The notes under the pieces were generated by a model, which was given only the letters and a program-made list of their open reading frames with translations, did not search any database and had not been told where the DNA came from. Below, piece by piece: positions 12,501-23,257 of a stretch of 64,000 nt of DNA; position 1 is the stretch's first letter; the number at the start of each line of letters is the position of its first letter. The translations under genes and the position numbers were made by a program. This DNA comes from Hormiphora californensis (taxonomy: Eukaryota; Animalia; Ctenophora). Location of the stretch: assembly GCA_020137815.1 (NCBI GenBank), contig CM035352.1, positions 1,054,001-1,118,000 on the forward strand. The letters run 5' to 3'.

Positions 12501-15500
12501 AGTGAACAGCTTCGAAACCACGTCAAACCACCAGAAAAGTTAGTTGTTGTTCGAATAATTCTAGAGATCTAGAATTTGGATCCTTGCTGAGTCCCCAATA
12601 ATAACTGCCCATTTCCACATGAATGTGTTTGCAGACCCTATGTTCTTGTTGCAGGGTTGAACCAGAAAAGGTACCCGAGAGGAGGGGCAGTTTGGGGTCT
12701 GTTAAAAGTGACAGTTACCTTCTAGGATACAGGGTGATAGCACAAAATGAGGTGGACGGATTTTATTATCCGGGTAAGAAGAATCCTCAATTGTGTATTT
12801 TTATTTTGATCACCTGCAGTAATGAGCTTCAAAAGGAGGCGGTTATACCCCTTCTTGATGGTGTTGCAACATAGGAGACTGGGATTCCGAACTTGCATTG
12901 CTTGACCCTGTCTCAAACAAAATTGAACAATATTTCCTTGTTTAGGTACTGTTATTGGAAACAAGGGTCGCACCAAGGCTGAAGTTGAATTTGATGATTT
13001 TGATCGACAGATCGTGTTTGTCAACCACATAATTCCCACTCAAGGGTCTACATCTAGACCTAAAGTTACTGTAAGTAATAAAAGTAGTGAGACAGATAGA
13101 CGGAGACAGAGATAGAGAGAGAGAGAGAGAGAGATAGAGACAGTGAGACAGAGACAGACACATTGTATTTCACCCAGACTCTACACCACACAGGCGGGTG
13201 ATTACGTGCTAGTACAGCTCCTCCTGGACCGGTCTGAAGACTCTAAAAGGAAACTATTCGCCCCTGGTCTTGTAGTCAAGAGCCCTGAACACACCACCGA
13301 TGTGACTTTTATTATCCTCTTGTTTACTGGTGAACGTCTCATTGCGTCACGTCATGATGTCATCAAGGTAGTGTGGGCAATTATTATGCTTTTTCGGGTT
13401 TGGGACTTGGGCCTGTTGTTTTGCCTTGCTTGGGTGGTTTTTACTTTTCATCTTGTTTGGCCTTGGGTGGTTTATAAAGATTCCATTGACAGGATCTGAT
13501 CATAACATCTCACACACATCTCCCTCAGATCACCAAGAACCGTTACAACCAGACCTCCCAATCCATCTACAAACAGCTAAACCGACAGCGATCCAGTCAG
13601 CGACTCAGATTACTTGCGGAGGGTACTGATAACTGCGACAATGAAAGTGTAGCCAGCACCCTGGACGAGATACTGAAGAGTAACCTGCTACTGAACAAGC
13701 CGGCTAGTATTCAACTGGATCAGGAGGGTGGGGCAAGGTTGGAGGAAATCATAGAGACTCCACGAGAAGCAGGGTCACGTGACAATCATGACGTCATAAT
13801 GACGTCACGTGACAACAAAGAAGGGTCTGATTCTGATGAGGAGGACCATGTTGGAGTGAGGACATGTGATGTTGCGGTTGAGACACTTGACAACTCACCT
13901 CCTCCTGTTATGGCTAAAGTTACACTGGAGTGTGGTTTGCAGGTTGGTGGCTATGATGTCGACTCCCAGACGATGATCAACCAGGACTTCTGGGACGAAT
14001 TGGAGGAGGTGAAATACACGGAACAAGAAATGGAAACTGAGCTGATAGTCGATGATGTTCCTCTGCCTGTATTTTCTAAAGTTGAGATGCCCGTGTTGAG
14101 GGTGTCTGCCACAACTCCAATACAGACAGATGACATCTTGTCTGTACCTGGAGGTGACCAGGGGCGTGTGGTGGCTGAAGGTGATGTCCTGTCAGTCCCT
14201 GGTGACGTCACACCACGTGATCAGCCCGGTGCAGTAGTGGCAGAGGGAGGGGGTGATGTTCTATCTGTCCCTGGGGATGTTACCCTCTCAGACAATGAAG
14301 ATGCTGATTCAGACACAACTCTCTCTTCATCCTCCTCCTCCTCCTCTCTATCCTCTGTGACAGAGCCCCTGGAATCAAACAATAACACCTCTCTGATGCG
14401 GGGTCATGTCGTGCTGGCAAGGTGGACGGATGAGGGGTGGTATTTTAGGGGTAAAGTTGTGGCACCCACTAGTACTGGGTATGTTGTGGAGGATAACAGT
14501 GGACATCAGGAGGATATTGACAGAGATCATGTTCTTGCAGATGAAATGGTACGTGTGTTACATGTGTGTACTGATCTGTACGTGACTGATCTGTACGTGA
14601 CTTATCTGAACGGGATTCTGTTCTTGACAGCTTTTAGTTGATACTGAGAAGTCTGTGAGAACCCAGTTTTCCCATGCTCTACCATTCACAACCCTGAACT
14701 AAAACAACATCCTTCTCCCCCTTTTCAGGATAGTAAGCAAGTACCCACAGTTGGCTGTCACGTGATCGCTATGCATCCTGAATATTCCTTCTCCTATGCG
14801 CCTGGCATTGTTACAGGAACTGAGGATAACTGGTTAGTGTTCTTTAGTTTGGTTAGTGTTTAGTTGGTGACATAGTCACCAAAAGTGTTTAGTACCATTC
14901 ACTGGATTACTGTCTGGCAAGTGGCGGTGCCACTCAAAACCGGGCCCGCCAGACAGCTAAAATTCAAACATGTGCTTCTATGACATAACCTGTATTGGAT
15001 ACCCCCCCCCTGAAACCCTTCTAACGCCACCCAATTATACTACCCCCCCCCCCTGAAACCCTTCTAACGCCACCCAATTATACCCCCCCCCCCTGAAACC
15101 CTTCTAACGCCACCCAATTATACCACCCCCCCCCTGAAACCCTTCTAACGCCACCCAATTATACTACCCCCCCCCCTGAAACCCTTCTAATGCCACCCAA
15201 TTATACTACCCCCCCCCCCCCTGAAACCCTCCTAACGCCACCCAATTATACTACTCCCCCTCTGAAACCCTTCTAACGCCACCCAATTATACTACCCCCC
15301 CCCCCCCTCTGAAACCCTTGTAACGCCACCCAATTATACTACTCCCCCTCTGAAACCCTTCTAACGCCACCCAATTATACTACCCCCCCCCCCTGAAACC
15401 CTTCTAACGCCACCCAGGCTGTTTGCAGTAGAGTTCTATGAGGGAACAGAGGCAGAGGTACCCCGTGAAGAGTTGTATCTGATTGGCAAGGATCAATACA

Positions 15501-17938
15501 GGGGAGATGTAAAGTGTATACGTGATGTGGAGGACGCCCTGCTAGGTAGGTTGTATGATATCATTGATACATGAAACTAGGTTCCCTACTAGGTAGGCTG
15601 AATGCTGATCTCTAGTGACACTGGGTGGGTGACTGATTTGGCCATAGAATCACTTGTGTAACCTGTAGCTCAGTATCAACCGGTTGAATGAAAATGTTTT
15701 GGAAGTTGCACAGATCATATTTACCCCCTCCCCCCTCTCTCTTTGTTGAGTCCCCCTCTTGCTAAACAATTCTCTCTCCAAGGTTCCTTTGTTGTGGTGC
15801 GAGACGACTCAGATGGGTTGTATAGGAGGGGGATGGTTACCAAATCATCGGGAAGGTCCTACGAAGTGTCTCTCAATGGAGAATCTATCCTTCAGGTAAT
15901 TGCTTGAACAATTCAATTAGGTACCCCCTTCTCATAGCACTGGCAAGTGCCCCGGGCCCAAAAGGGGGGTGTGGGGGCACAGCCCCCACCACAAACGGGG
16001 GTGTGGGGGCAGAGCCCCCACCTTAGAAATACCCTCTAACTCCAAAAACAAAAGAGAGAGCACACGCAACACTTCTACACACAAGCGGGTGAAAACCTGC
16101 CAGTGCTACTATATACCATTGCAGATTTCGGGGTTTTTGATGCTTTAAAAAAGCATGTTCCAGATGAAGTAGAGAGCTGAAATTTTGTACTCTGAGGGCC
16201 CTCATATAGGAGATCAGGCATGCAAATTTTCAGAACGATCGGATGTAAGGTAAAAATTTGCCAGAGGGGTCCCAAAATGCAAAAATGTAAGGAGGGGGAG
16301 GGGGAGGACGCTTTTTTATCTTTGAGTGTTCTCCTAAACCACAAATAGTAGAGACTTGCCGTTTGGAACAGTGGTTCCTTACATCATTACGCTCGGTAAT
16401 AGCTGTGTGAGAACTTCGAAATCGCCATAGTTCATTAATTATTCATTAATTAGTCATTAAATATTCATGGTCGCGATATGACACGACTCGAAGGTCATAG
16501 AATCTTGACACCGGTCTTATTCGACGCGGAATGGTCGATTTATGGGGGGTCTTACTCAGGACAAAAATCTCTATCTCGCACCGTTAAGCCGTTATTTGCA
16601 TATTTATGCACCTATTCACGATTTTATGCATATTTTCAATATTTTAACTTCGGCTGGTCCTAGAACATTTTCATGGACATATTTCTACGCAAAATAGTCG
16701 ATTTATGGGGGGTCGTCCCCCGGACAAAAAGTCGTATCTCGCACCGTTAAGCTGTTATTTGCATATTTGTTCACCGATTCATGATTTAATGCATATTCTG
16801 AATATTTCCAGTTCGGCTGATCCTAGAACGTTTTCATGGACATATTTCGACGCAAAATAGTTGCTTTATGGGGGGTCTTACTCGGGACAAAAATCTCTAT
16901 CTGGCACCGCTAAGCCGTTATTTGCATATTTATGCACCGATTCAAGATTTAATGCATATTCTTAATATTTCCACTTCGGCTGGTCCTAAAACGTTTTCAT
17001 GGACATATTCCGGCTCAGAATAGTCGATTTATGGGGGGTCGTCCCCCTGACAAAAAGTCGTATCTCTCACCGTTTAGTCGTTATTCGCATATTGATGAAC
17101 TATTCAAATTCGAAATAATATCAGAAAAAGTAGCTTTTTCTATTTATAACACCAAAAAGAACAGAAATTAAGTCCAAAAACCAATTAAATAAATTAGTTT
17201 GGATGCCCGGGCCCATGTGGTGTCACGGGGGTAACACCTTTAGGCTACTGTCATAAATGATGGATATCAAGAGAGATAAATACAAAGGAAATTAGGATAG
17301 AAAGAGTGAGATATAATTAAGAAAGACGGAGAGATAAATAAGAGGAGACAGAAAAAAGAGAGATATAGTGAAAGAAACAGTGAGAGAGAAAAAGAGAGAC
17401 AGAGAGACAGAGAGAAATAGTGTGTGAGAGAGAGAGAGATAGATAGAGATAGAAAGATTGAAGGATAACAATTAACAATTAACGAGATATGCCGTTAATT
17501 ATGGCAGTAGCCTAAAGGTGTTACCCCCGTGACACCACATGGGCCCGGGCATCCAAACTAATTTATTTAATTGGTTTTTGGACTTAATTTTTTACCATCT
17601 GATTTGAAATCGTTCTTCCGCCCTTTTTGAGTCTCCAATTCAACCCCGTTTCGCCCCCTCACCACATAACACATATCCCACAGGATCCGTGTCAAGTGTT
17701 CACTGACCGTAAGAAGACAGGTCTGCCCCTCTCCCCTGGCTCCTACTGCCTCTGCCCCCTGGACGGACTACAGAATACCTTTGCACCGGGGAAGGTGACT
17801 GCAGTCAACCCGGACACCTCATATGCAGTCACATTTCACGATGGAAATGAGCTGTATTCTGTGGATAAGAACTCTGTTTACCCAGTAAATAAAGACTTCT
17901 TTACTAATGCTACCAACTTTATAATGTCACGTGATTAG
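5830..17938 (+). CDS. VWA3B: von Willebrand factor A domain-containing protein 3B homolog (about 23 exons; VWA domains plus C-terminal Tudor-like/DUF4537-type repeats)
   Basis: ATG 5830. HWIR|DHGLRARKLTREHILKRIGF..YVGSLKKSVKSRY and RLDWITSGSREKLGVLTEQRVVIIMD..EQAIEITSFDIIR match the recalled VWA3B N-terminus. Also VCILLDTSDSM, VYVLTDGSPD, PIHIISFNCND, KWLSKYGLAAQRLTIMDALAP, VIAQNEVDGFYYPG and VLARWTDEGWYFRG. Approximate exons: 5830-5874, 5987-6151, 6270-6520, ~8710-8860, ~9310-9463, 9615-9746, 9905-10135, 10322-10420, 10519-10638, 10766-10896, 10987-11106, 11270-11397, 11542-11968, 12053-12279, 12407-12538, 12655-12773, 12946-13070, 13178-13366, 13530-14547, 14729-14832, 15417-15545, 15783-15895, 17683-17938. 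A few indels occur in low-quality stretches. Confidence 0.9.
6554..8040. mobile_element. Non-autonomous foldback DNA transposon (Chapaev/Transib-like CAC..GTG termini) in a VWA3B intron
   Basis: Near-perfect ~680-bp inverted arms (6554-~7237 and ~7357-8040) starting CACGGTGTCCCTTAAGG and ending CCTTAAGGGACACCGTG. TCTG is duplicated on both sides (6550-6553, 8041-8044). No transposase ORF. Confidence 0.9.
9286..9299. promoter_or_regulatory. Perfect RFX X-box palindrome GTTGCCATGGCAAC (intronic)
   Basis: Exact match to the GTNRCC-N0-3-RGYAAC consensus. A variant, GTTGCCATAGGGCAAC, lies at 8104-8119. Function not shown. Confidence 0.45.
15001..15416 (+). repeat. Intronic minisatellite (~40-45 bp unit CTGAAACCCTTCTAACGCCACCCAATTATACTAC(C)n, about 10 copies) ending at the splice acceptor
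   Basis: The last unit ends GCCACCCAG|GCTGTTTGCA, the VWA3B acceptor. Every unit contains CTAAC. Confidence 0.92.
15939..17590. mobile_element. Intronic non-autonomous repeat element (Helentron/MITE-like) with internal 163-bp tandem repeats and a 92-bp inverted repeat
   Basis: 5' TGCCCCGGGCCCA followed by two GGGGGTGTGGGGGCA(C/G)AGCCCCCACC hairpins. A 163-bp period (GTCGATTTATGGGGGGTC at 16534, 16697, 16860, 17023). 17165-17256 is the reverse complement of 17499-17590 with 1 mismatch. Class and exact ends are inference. Confidence 0.6.
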
Positions 17939-18161
17939 AGGCATTTCAGCTGTGATTAGAGCTAGGTGTGAAATGGTTGAGAGACTGTATAAAATTAAAA
18001 CTGTGTAAATAATAGTAAATTATTGATACCTATATGTATTTTTTGTTGAAAATGACTGAGAGAGAGAGAGGGAGACCGAGAGACCGAGAGACCGAGAGAT
18101 ATTTAGTGATGACAGGCAATTTGTTATATGACGTTTTTGACAACTCTGATATATCTTTATT

Positions 18162-19561
18162 GGCAGGTGCACAGTTGCTCGACAGTCTATTTCTGGCTGC
18201 TATTTCTGGCTGCTATTTCTGGCTGCTATTTCTGGCTGCTATTTCTGGCTGCTATTTCTGGCTGCAAGACCTATTTCTGGCTGCAAGCAGCCAGAAATAG
18301 ATTTAGCAGCCAGAAATAGCAGCCAGAGATAGATTTTAGCAGCCAGAAATAGATTTTAGCAGCCAGAAATAGGGTTTCTCTCACGTGATCTCTCTATCTC
18401 TGTATGGGATACGAGAGACGAATCGGTGAAGTAATTCGGTATCTGCAACTAATTGTGTATGGGATACGGGAGACGAATCAGTGAAATTATTCGGTATCTG
18501 CAACTAATTGGGTATGGGATACGAGACCTGCCAAATTAGTTGCAGATCGAGTATGGTGTTGTCCTCAGTCGGGCGCTGCTGCTGGACGTGTTGGCGAGGA
18601 AGATGGTGGTCGCATAGGAACTGGTCCACTATGGTCCTCTCGATGTGCGTATTCGGATCCAGGTTTACGGTCCTCGATAACTCCCGGCAGGCACACAGGT
18701 TGAAACGCCGCAGGATCCGGAGCGGAGATGTGGGCCTGTTCAGAGGGCAGGCCTGAAGCTGGTGTCTTCCCTCCATACAGAGGGAGCAAATGTCGAGGCT
18801 CCTCCTCGATGTTGTCCCCGATCAAGGAGTGTTCGTGGTTTTGTCGTTTCGTGGGAGAGAAGGTATAGGAGCTGTCCGGTGGCGGCTTTATTGATTGCGA
18901 TGCCTTGACGTCGAAAATTTGGCCTTATATAATGGATTGTCATAATGGGTCCCAGCCACCTTGTTTGTGACACGAGGCATGAAAAGTTACACGATAAGAG
19001 ATCTGTTTATCGGTTATGCTATCCCGACATATTACACAGCGTGATATGAGATCAGTTTATCGGTGATTTGACGCAATGGGTGTGATAACACATATTCGAT
19101 GGCGTAAATTTCACGTTTGGAGCTAGGGGACCGGTAAAACAAAAGAGGTGCCTCTCGTATCCCATACCCAAATAGTTGCAGATACCGAATCACTTCACCG
19201 ATTCGTTTCCCGTATCCCATACCAAATTAGTTGCAGATACCGAATCATTTCACCGATTCGTCTCCCGTATCCCATACCCAATTACAGTCACAGATACCAA
19301 ATCATTTCACCGATTCGTCTCTCGTATCCCATACAGAGATAGAGAGATCACGTGAGAGAAACCCTATTTCTGGCTGCTAAAATCTATTTCTGGCTGCTAA
19401 AATCTATTTCTGGCTGCTAAAATCTATCTCTGGCTGCTATTTCTGGCTGCTAAATCTATTTCTGGCTGCTTGCAGCCAGAAATAGGTCTAGCAGCCAGAA
19501 ATAGGTCTTGCAGCCAGAAATAGCAGCCAGAAATAGACTGTCGAGCAACTGTGCACCTGCC
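18162..19561. mobile_element. Non-autonomous TIR transposon, Merlin-like (GG..CC termini, 8-bp TSD)
   Basis: Starts GGCAGGTGCACAGTTGCTCGACAGTC and ends GACTGTCGAGCAACTGTGCACCTGCC. TCTTTATT is duplicated at 18154-18161 and 19562-19569. The ~380-410-bp arms are built of TATTTCTGGCTGC and ~52-bp subrepeats around a ~600-bp unique core. Confidence 0.88.
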
Positions 19562-20034
19562 TCTTTATTATGATAGTTGAACATTGAATAGCCTGAATAC
19601 AACTTTAATGCTTGATCGGGAGAGAGACTTGACGCACTTGAAAAATATTTTAGTTACTTCTTCACTAATGCTACCAACTTTATAATGTCACGTGATGTGT
19701 GCATTCAGTAACTCGTAGTTCGTTATTGGGAATTCAACCTATATTATATTATAGTATTCAGGGTGCGAGAGGGAGCTACCGGCCCGTGTGAAGGGAGAGA
19801 GAGAGATAAGGAAAGGAATATATTATAAGGAAGAGTGTGTGTTTATTTTATCCCTGGAGAGCAAGGGGCAGGTTGTACAAAATGGGGCATTTCCTCCTTC
19901 TCTGTATCACTACATTGCAGTTCTAACTTTTGCAACGCACTGTGTTTCAGTTCGATTAATACAACCAAACCGAATCTAATTGTAGTGGGAAACATGATAC
20001 GTTCCACCAGCCTTATTTTTGGCCGATCGCCGTA

Positions 20035-21070
20035 ATGTTCCCTTCTTGTTCCCTTCTTGTTCCCGTCTTGTTCTCATCTTGTTCCCGTAATCCCGTCTTG
20101 TTCCCGTCTTGTTCCCGTCTTGTTCCCGTCCTGTTACCGTCTTGTTCCCGTCTTGTTACCGTCATGTTCCCGTCTTGTTCCCGTCTTGTTCCCGTCTTGT
20201 TCCCGTCCTGTTCCCGTCTTGTTCCCGTCTTGTTCCCGTCTTGTTCCCGTCTTGTTCCCGTCTTATTCCCGTCTTGTTTCCGCCTTGTTACCCTCTTGTT
20301 ACCGTCTTGTTCCCGTCTTGTTCCCGTCCTGTTCCCGTCTTGTTCCCGTCTTGTTCCCGTCTTGTTCCCGTCATGTTCCCGTCTTGTTACCGTCCTGTTC
20401 CCTTCTTGTTCCCGTCTTGTTCTCATCTTGTTCCTGTAATCCTGTATTGTTACCGTCATGTTCTCATCTTGTTCCTGTAATCCTGTTCCCGTCTTGTTCC
20501 CGTCTTGTTCCCGTCTTGTTCCTGTCGTGTTCCTGTCGTGTTCCCGTCTTGTTCCCGTTTTGTTCCCTTCTCGTTACCGTCTTGTTCCCGTGTTGTTACC
20601 GTGTTGTTATCGTCTTGTTCCCATCTTGTTCTCGTCTTGTTCCCGTCTTGTTACCGTTTTGTTCCCGTCTTGTTACCGTCTTGTTCCCGTCTTGTTCCCG
20701 TCTTGTTACCGTCCTGTTCCCGTCTTGTTCCCGTCTTGTTACCGTCTTGTTCCCGTCTTGTTCCCGTCTTGTTACCGTCTTGTTCCCGTGTTGTTACCGT
20801 CTTGTTACCGTCTTGTTCCCGTGTTGTTACCGTCTTGTTACCGTCTTGTTCCCATCTTGTTCTCGTCTTGTTCCCGTCTTGTTCCCGTCTTGTTACCGTC
20901 TTGTTCCCGTGTTGTTACCGTCTTGTTACCGTCTTGTTCCCGTCTTGTTCCCGTCTTGATCCCGTCTTGTTCCCATCTTGTTCTCGTCTTGTTCCCGTCT
21001 TTTTCCCGTCATGTTACCGTCGTGTTCCCGTCTTGTTCCCGTTTTGTTCCTGTCGTGTTCCCGTCTTGTT
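20035..21070. repeat. 11-bp satellite (TCTTGTTCCCG)n, about 1 kb
   Basis: Direct inspection; the variant units TCTTGTTACCG and TGTTGTTACCG are interspersed. Confidence 0.95.
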
Positions 21071-22417
21071 TTCGTTGGGTAGCATGTTTGATCTAGTTTG
21101 TTCAGGAGTAATTGTTTGGGTTGTCCAGTGTATGAGTATCCCTAGTAGTAGGGCTTCCCTACTCGTGCGTGTATCCCATTGCATTTGTCACTGTGTCATA
21201 TCAGCTTGTGTGTAATTGCCTTGTCCGAGTTCGGCCGAGTGTGTACTTGCAGTACTAGACTCCCGGTGCTGTCCCCGACTCCCCAACAGTCGGTTGGCGG
21301 TTTTTTAGGCATGCTCAATGAGCATTGCTCAATGCTCAATGCTTACCATTTACTGCACTGTGGCAGTTTATAGTACCTACCTGATAATGGTTGTATAATT
21401 ATAGGTTGGCCTTAGTTACAGTACCTGAGCTGTGTAATTATAGCACGCGAAGCAGCTGTACAGCTCTACACAGCCTATAACTCGACAATTCTTCTTAATC
21501 CAAGTTAATCTTTGGAGTTGGACTTGTAGTACCTAATTCCAACCTTTTTATTCATGCAGTTCTTCAAGTTCTCAACTGTTTGAATGAGCTATGAGAATCT
21601 GTCAGAACATTGGCCTGAGAATTAGAAGTTGGAATTTAGCCAAGGACCAATGTAATAACTAATATCCTACTCAAGTCTGGTCTGTCGACTATCACGCCAA
21701 TGCTCTGACAGAGTGTGTGTTTATCCTATCTCATTGTTTTGTCACACGTACAACACATACTGCAGCAGTGCTAGGATAGCACGTTGTCTCTAACTACACA
21801 TGTGTTAAGGAAACTCATTAAACATGCACATAATACTGCACATAATACTGCACGTGTAATATTATTATGTGCAGACCTCCCCAGATCTGTACTTGGCTCA
21901 CCGTTATTTTATTTCTCCGCGCTCTGTGAGGGTTTCGGTAGATCAACCCCAGCTACCTGTTACAGTTCTTGGATCCATCGCATCCTATTCTCGCTCCGCG
22001 AATAATAGATATGAGATCGATCTCGGTCGCTGCGCGACCTCGATCTCACTCAGGCATCAACGTGGCCAATTACAGCTCGTGTTACCCAGCAACATACGGA
22101 TATCATGATTCACTGTCAGAGCATTGGCCTGACCCATTCTCGGAGCGCGCGAGAACTGTGGTTTGTGTAGCTCACACTCCGCTCTGTGAGTGTTCGGCAT
22201 ATCAAGGGTTACGGGTTGCTGTTCTCGTACGGTACTGATAGCATTTGTCGGTGTCTCTTTAACTTTGTTAATTTTCCATGCCTCTTTCATGAATATTAAC
22301 TGTCGGGTATCATCTACCCCACCAGCTCAGAGTCTGATAGCTCTCTTTGAAGCTGTACCCCTCAGTGTAATTGTATGCAAGCCTCGACTAATGACTTCGA
22401 ACAAATTTTGTGGTAAG

Positions 22418-22484
22418 CTGTCTGGCGGCGCCAGACCCCAATTTGATTCGACAGTGCGCTCAGATGGGTCGCGGCGCCAGACAG
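22418..22484. mobile_element. 67-bp miniature element with CTGTCTGGCG..CGCCAGACAG ends
   Basis: 10-bp terminal inverted repeat. A reverse-complement copy of the core lies at 3041-3097, and similar termini occur at 14910-14956. Confidence 0.55.
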
Positions 22485-23257
22485 GTGGTAAGGCATCTTT
22501 CTTCTTTATCTCTACCCAGAACATCCCATGGCACTTAATTTTCATTTTATAGCTACTCAACAATTAGTTTGTTTTGTCTAATTCTATGTACCGACACTTA
22601 GTGTGGGAGGACTGTCATTGTCCTCTATTATATTTGATGAGGCCGAGTTTAGTGTGTGTGTGTTCGCTAAAGATCTCATTTCATTTCATATTTAAAGCTG
22701 AGTGTAGGAAGGTAATAAAATTTGATTAAGATCTCAGAATCTGCTCGTCTTATGCAATCTTATTCATTCCCCCGCATAACTTTGATCTTTCTGTCTTTCG
22801 TAGCACATGTGATCACTGATCATTGAGGTTTACATTTTACATACAGCTCATATCCAGGTGGCATCCAATTTCCACCGTTTTAGTGCTTTCTCCGTCCTAC
22901 TTCGATCTGCTCCTTTTATTTTTCTCCTTTATCTATGCGAGGCTGGCAAGGCTCTGATTTCTAATTTCCCCCAGTCTGCTTTGTACGTGTGCGATAATTC
23001 CACTGCAAATAATGTGATCTACTTGGGCACGTCGCGCTATCCCCTGTATGTAACGCGCTTCGCTGCCAAGAGATCTACCTATTTACCATTAGGGATTGTG
23101 ATGACAATATTAGCCCTCCCAAATTTGAGTTCCTAGTACAGTTGGGGTCCGACTGTACCCATAAGTTCGTTTGTGCAGTGTGCTACTCTTCCATCGCTCT
23201 ATATCCAGTTAGTTGACCTTTTTCGTGTCTAATTCAGATGTGTTTTCCATAGATACC

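Noticed and set aside
20013-21215. Overlapping ORFs (VPVLFPSCSRL)n / (TGTRREQDGNK)n
   Set aside because: Products of an 11-bp satellite open in several frames; no splice or start context.
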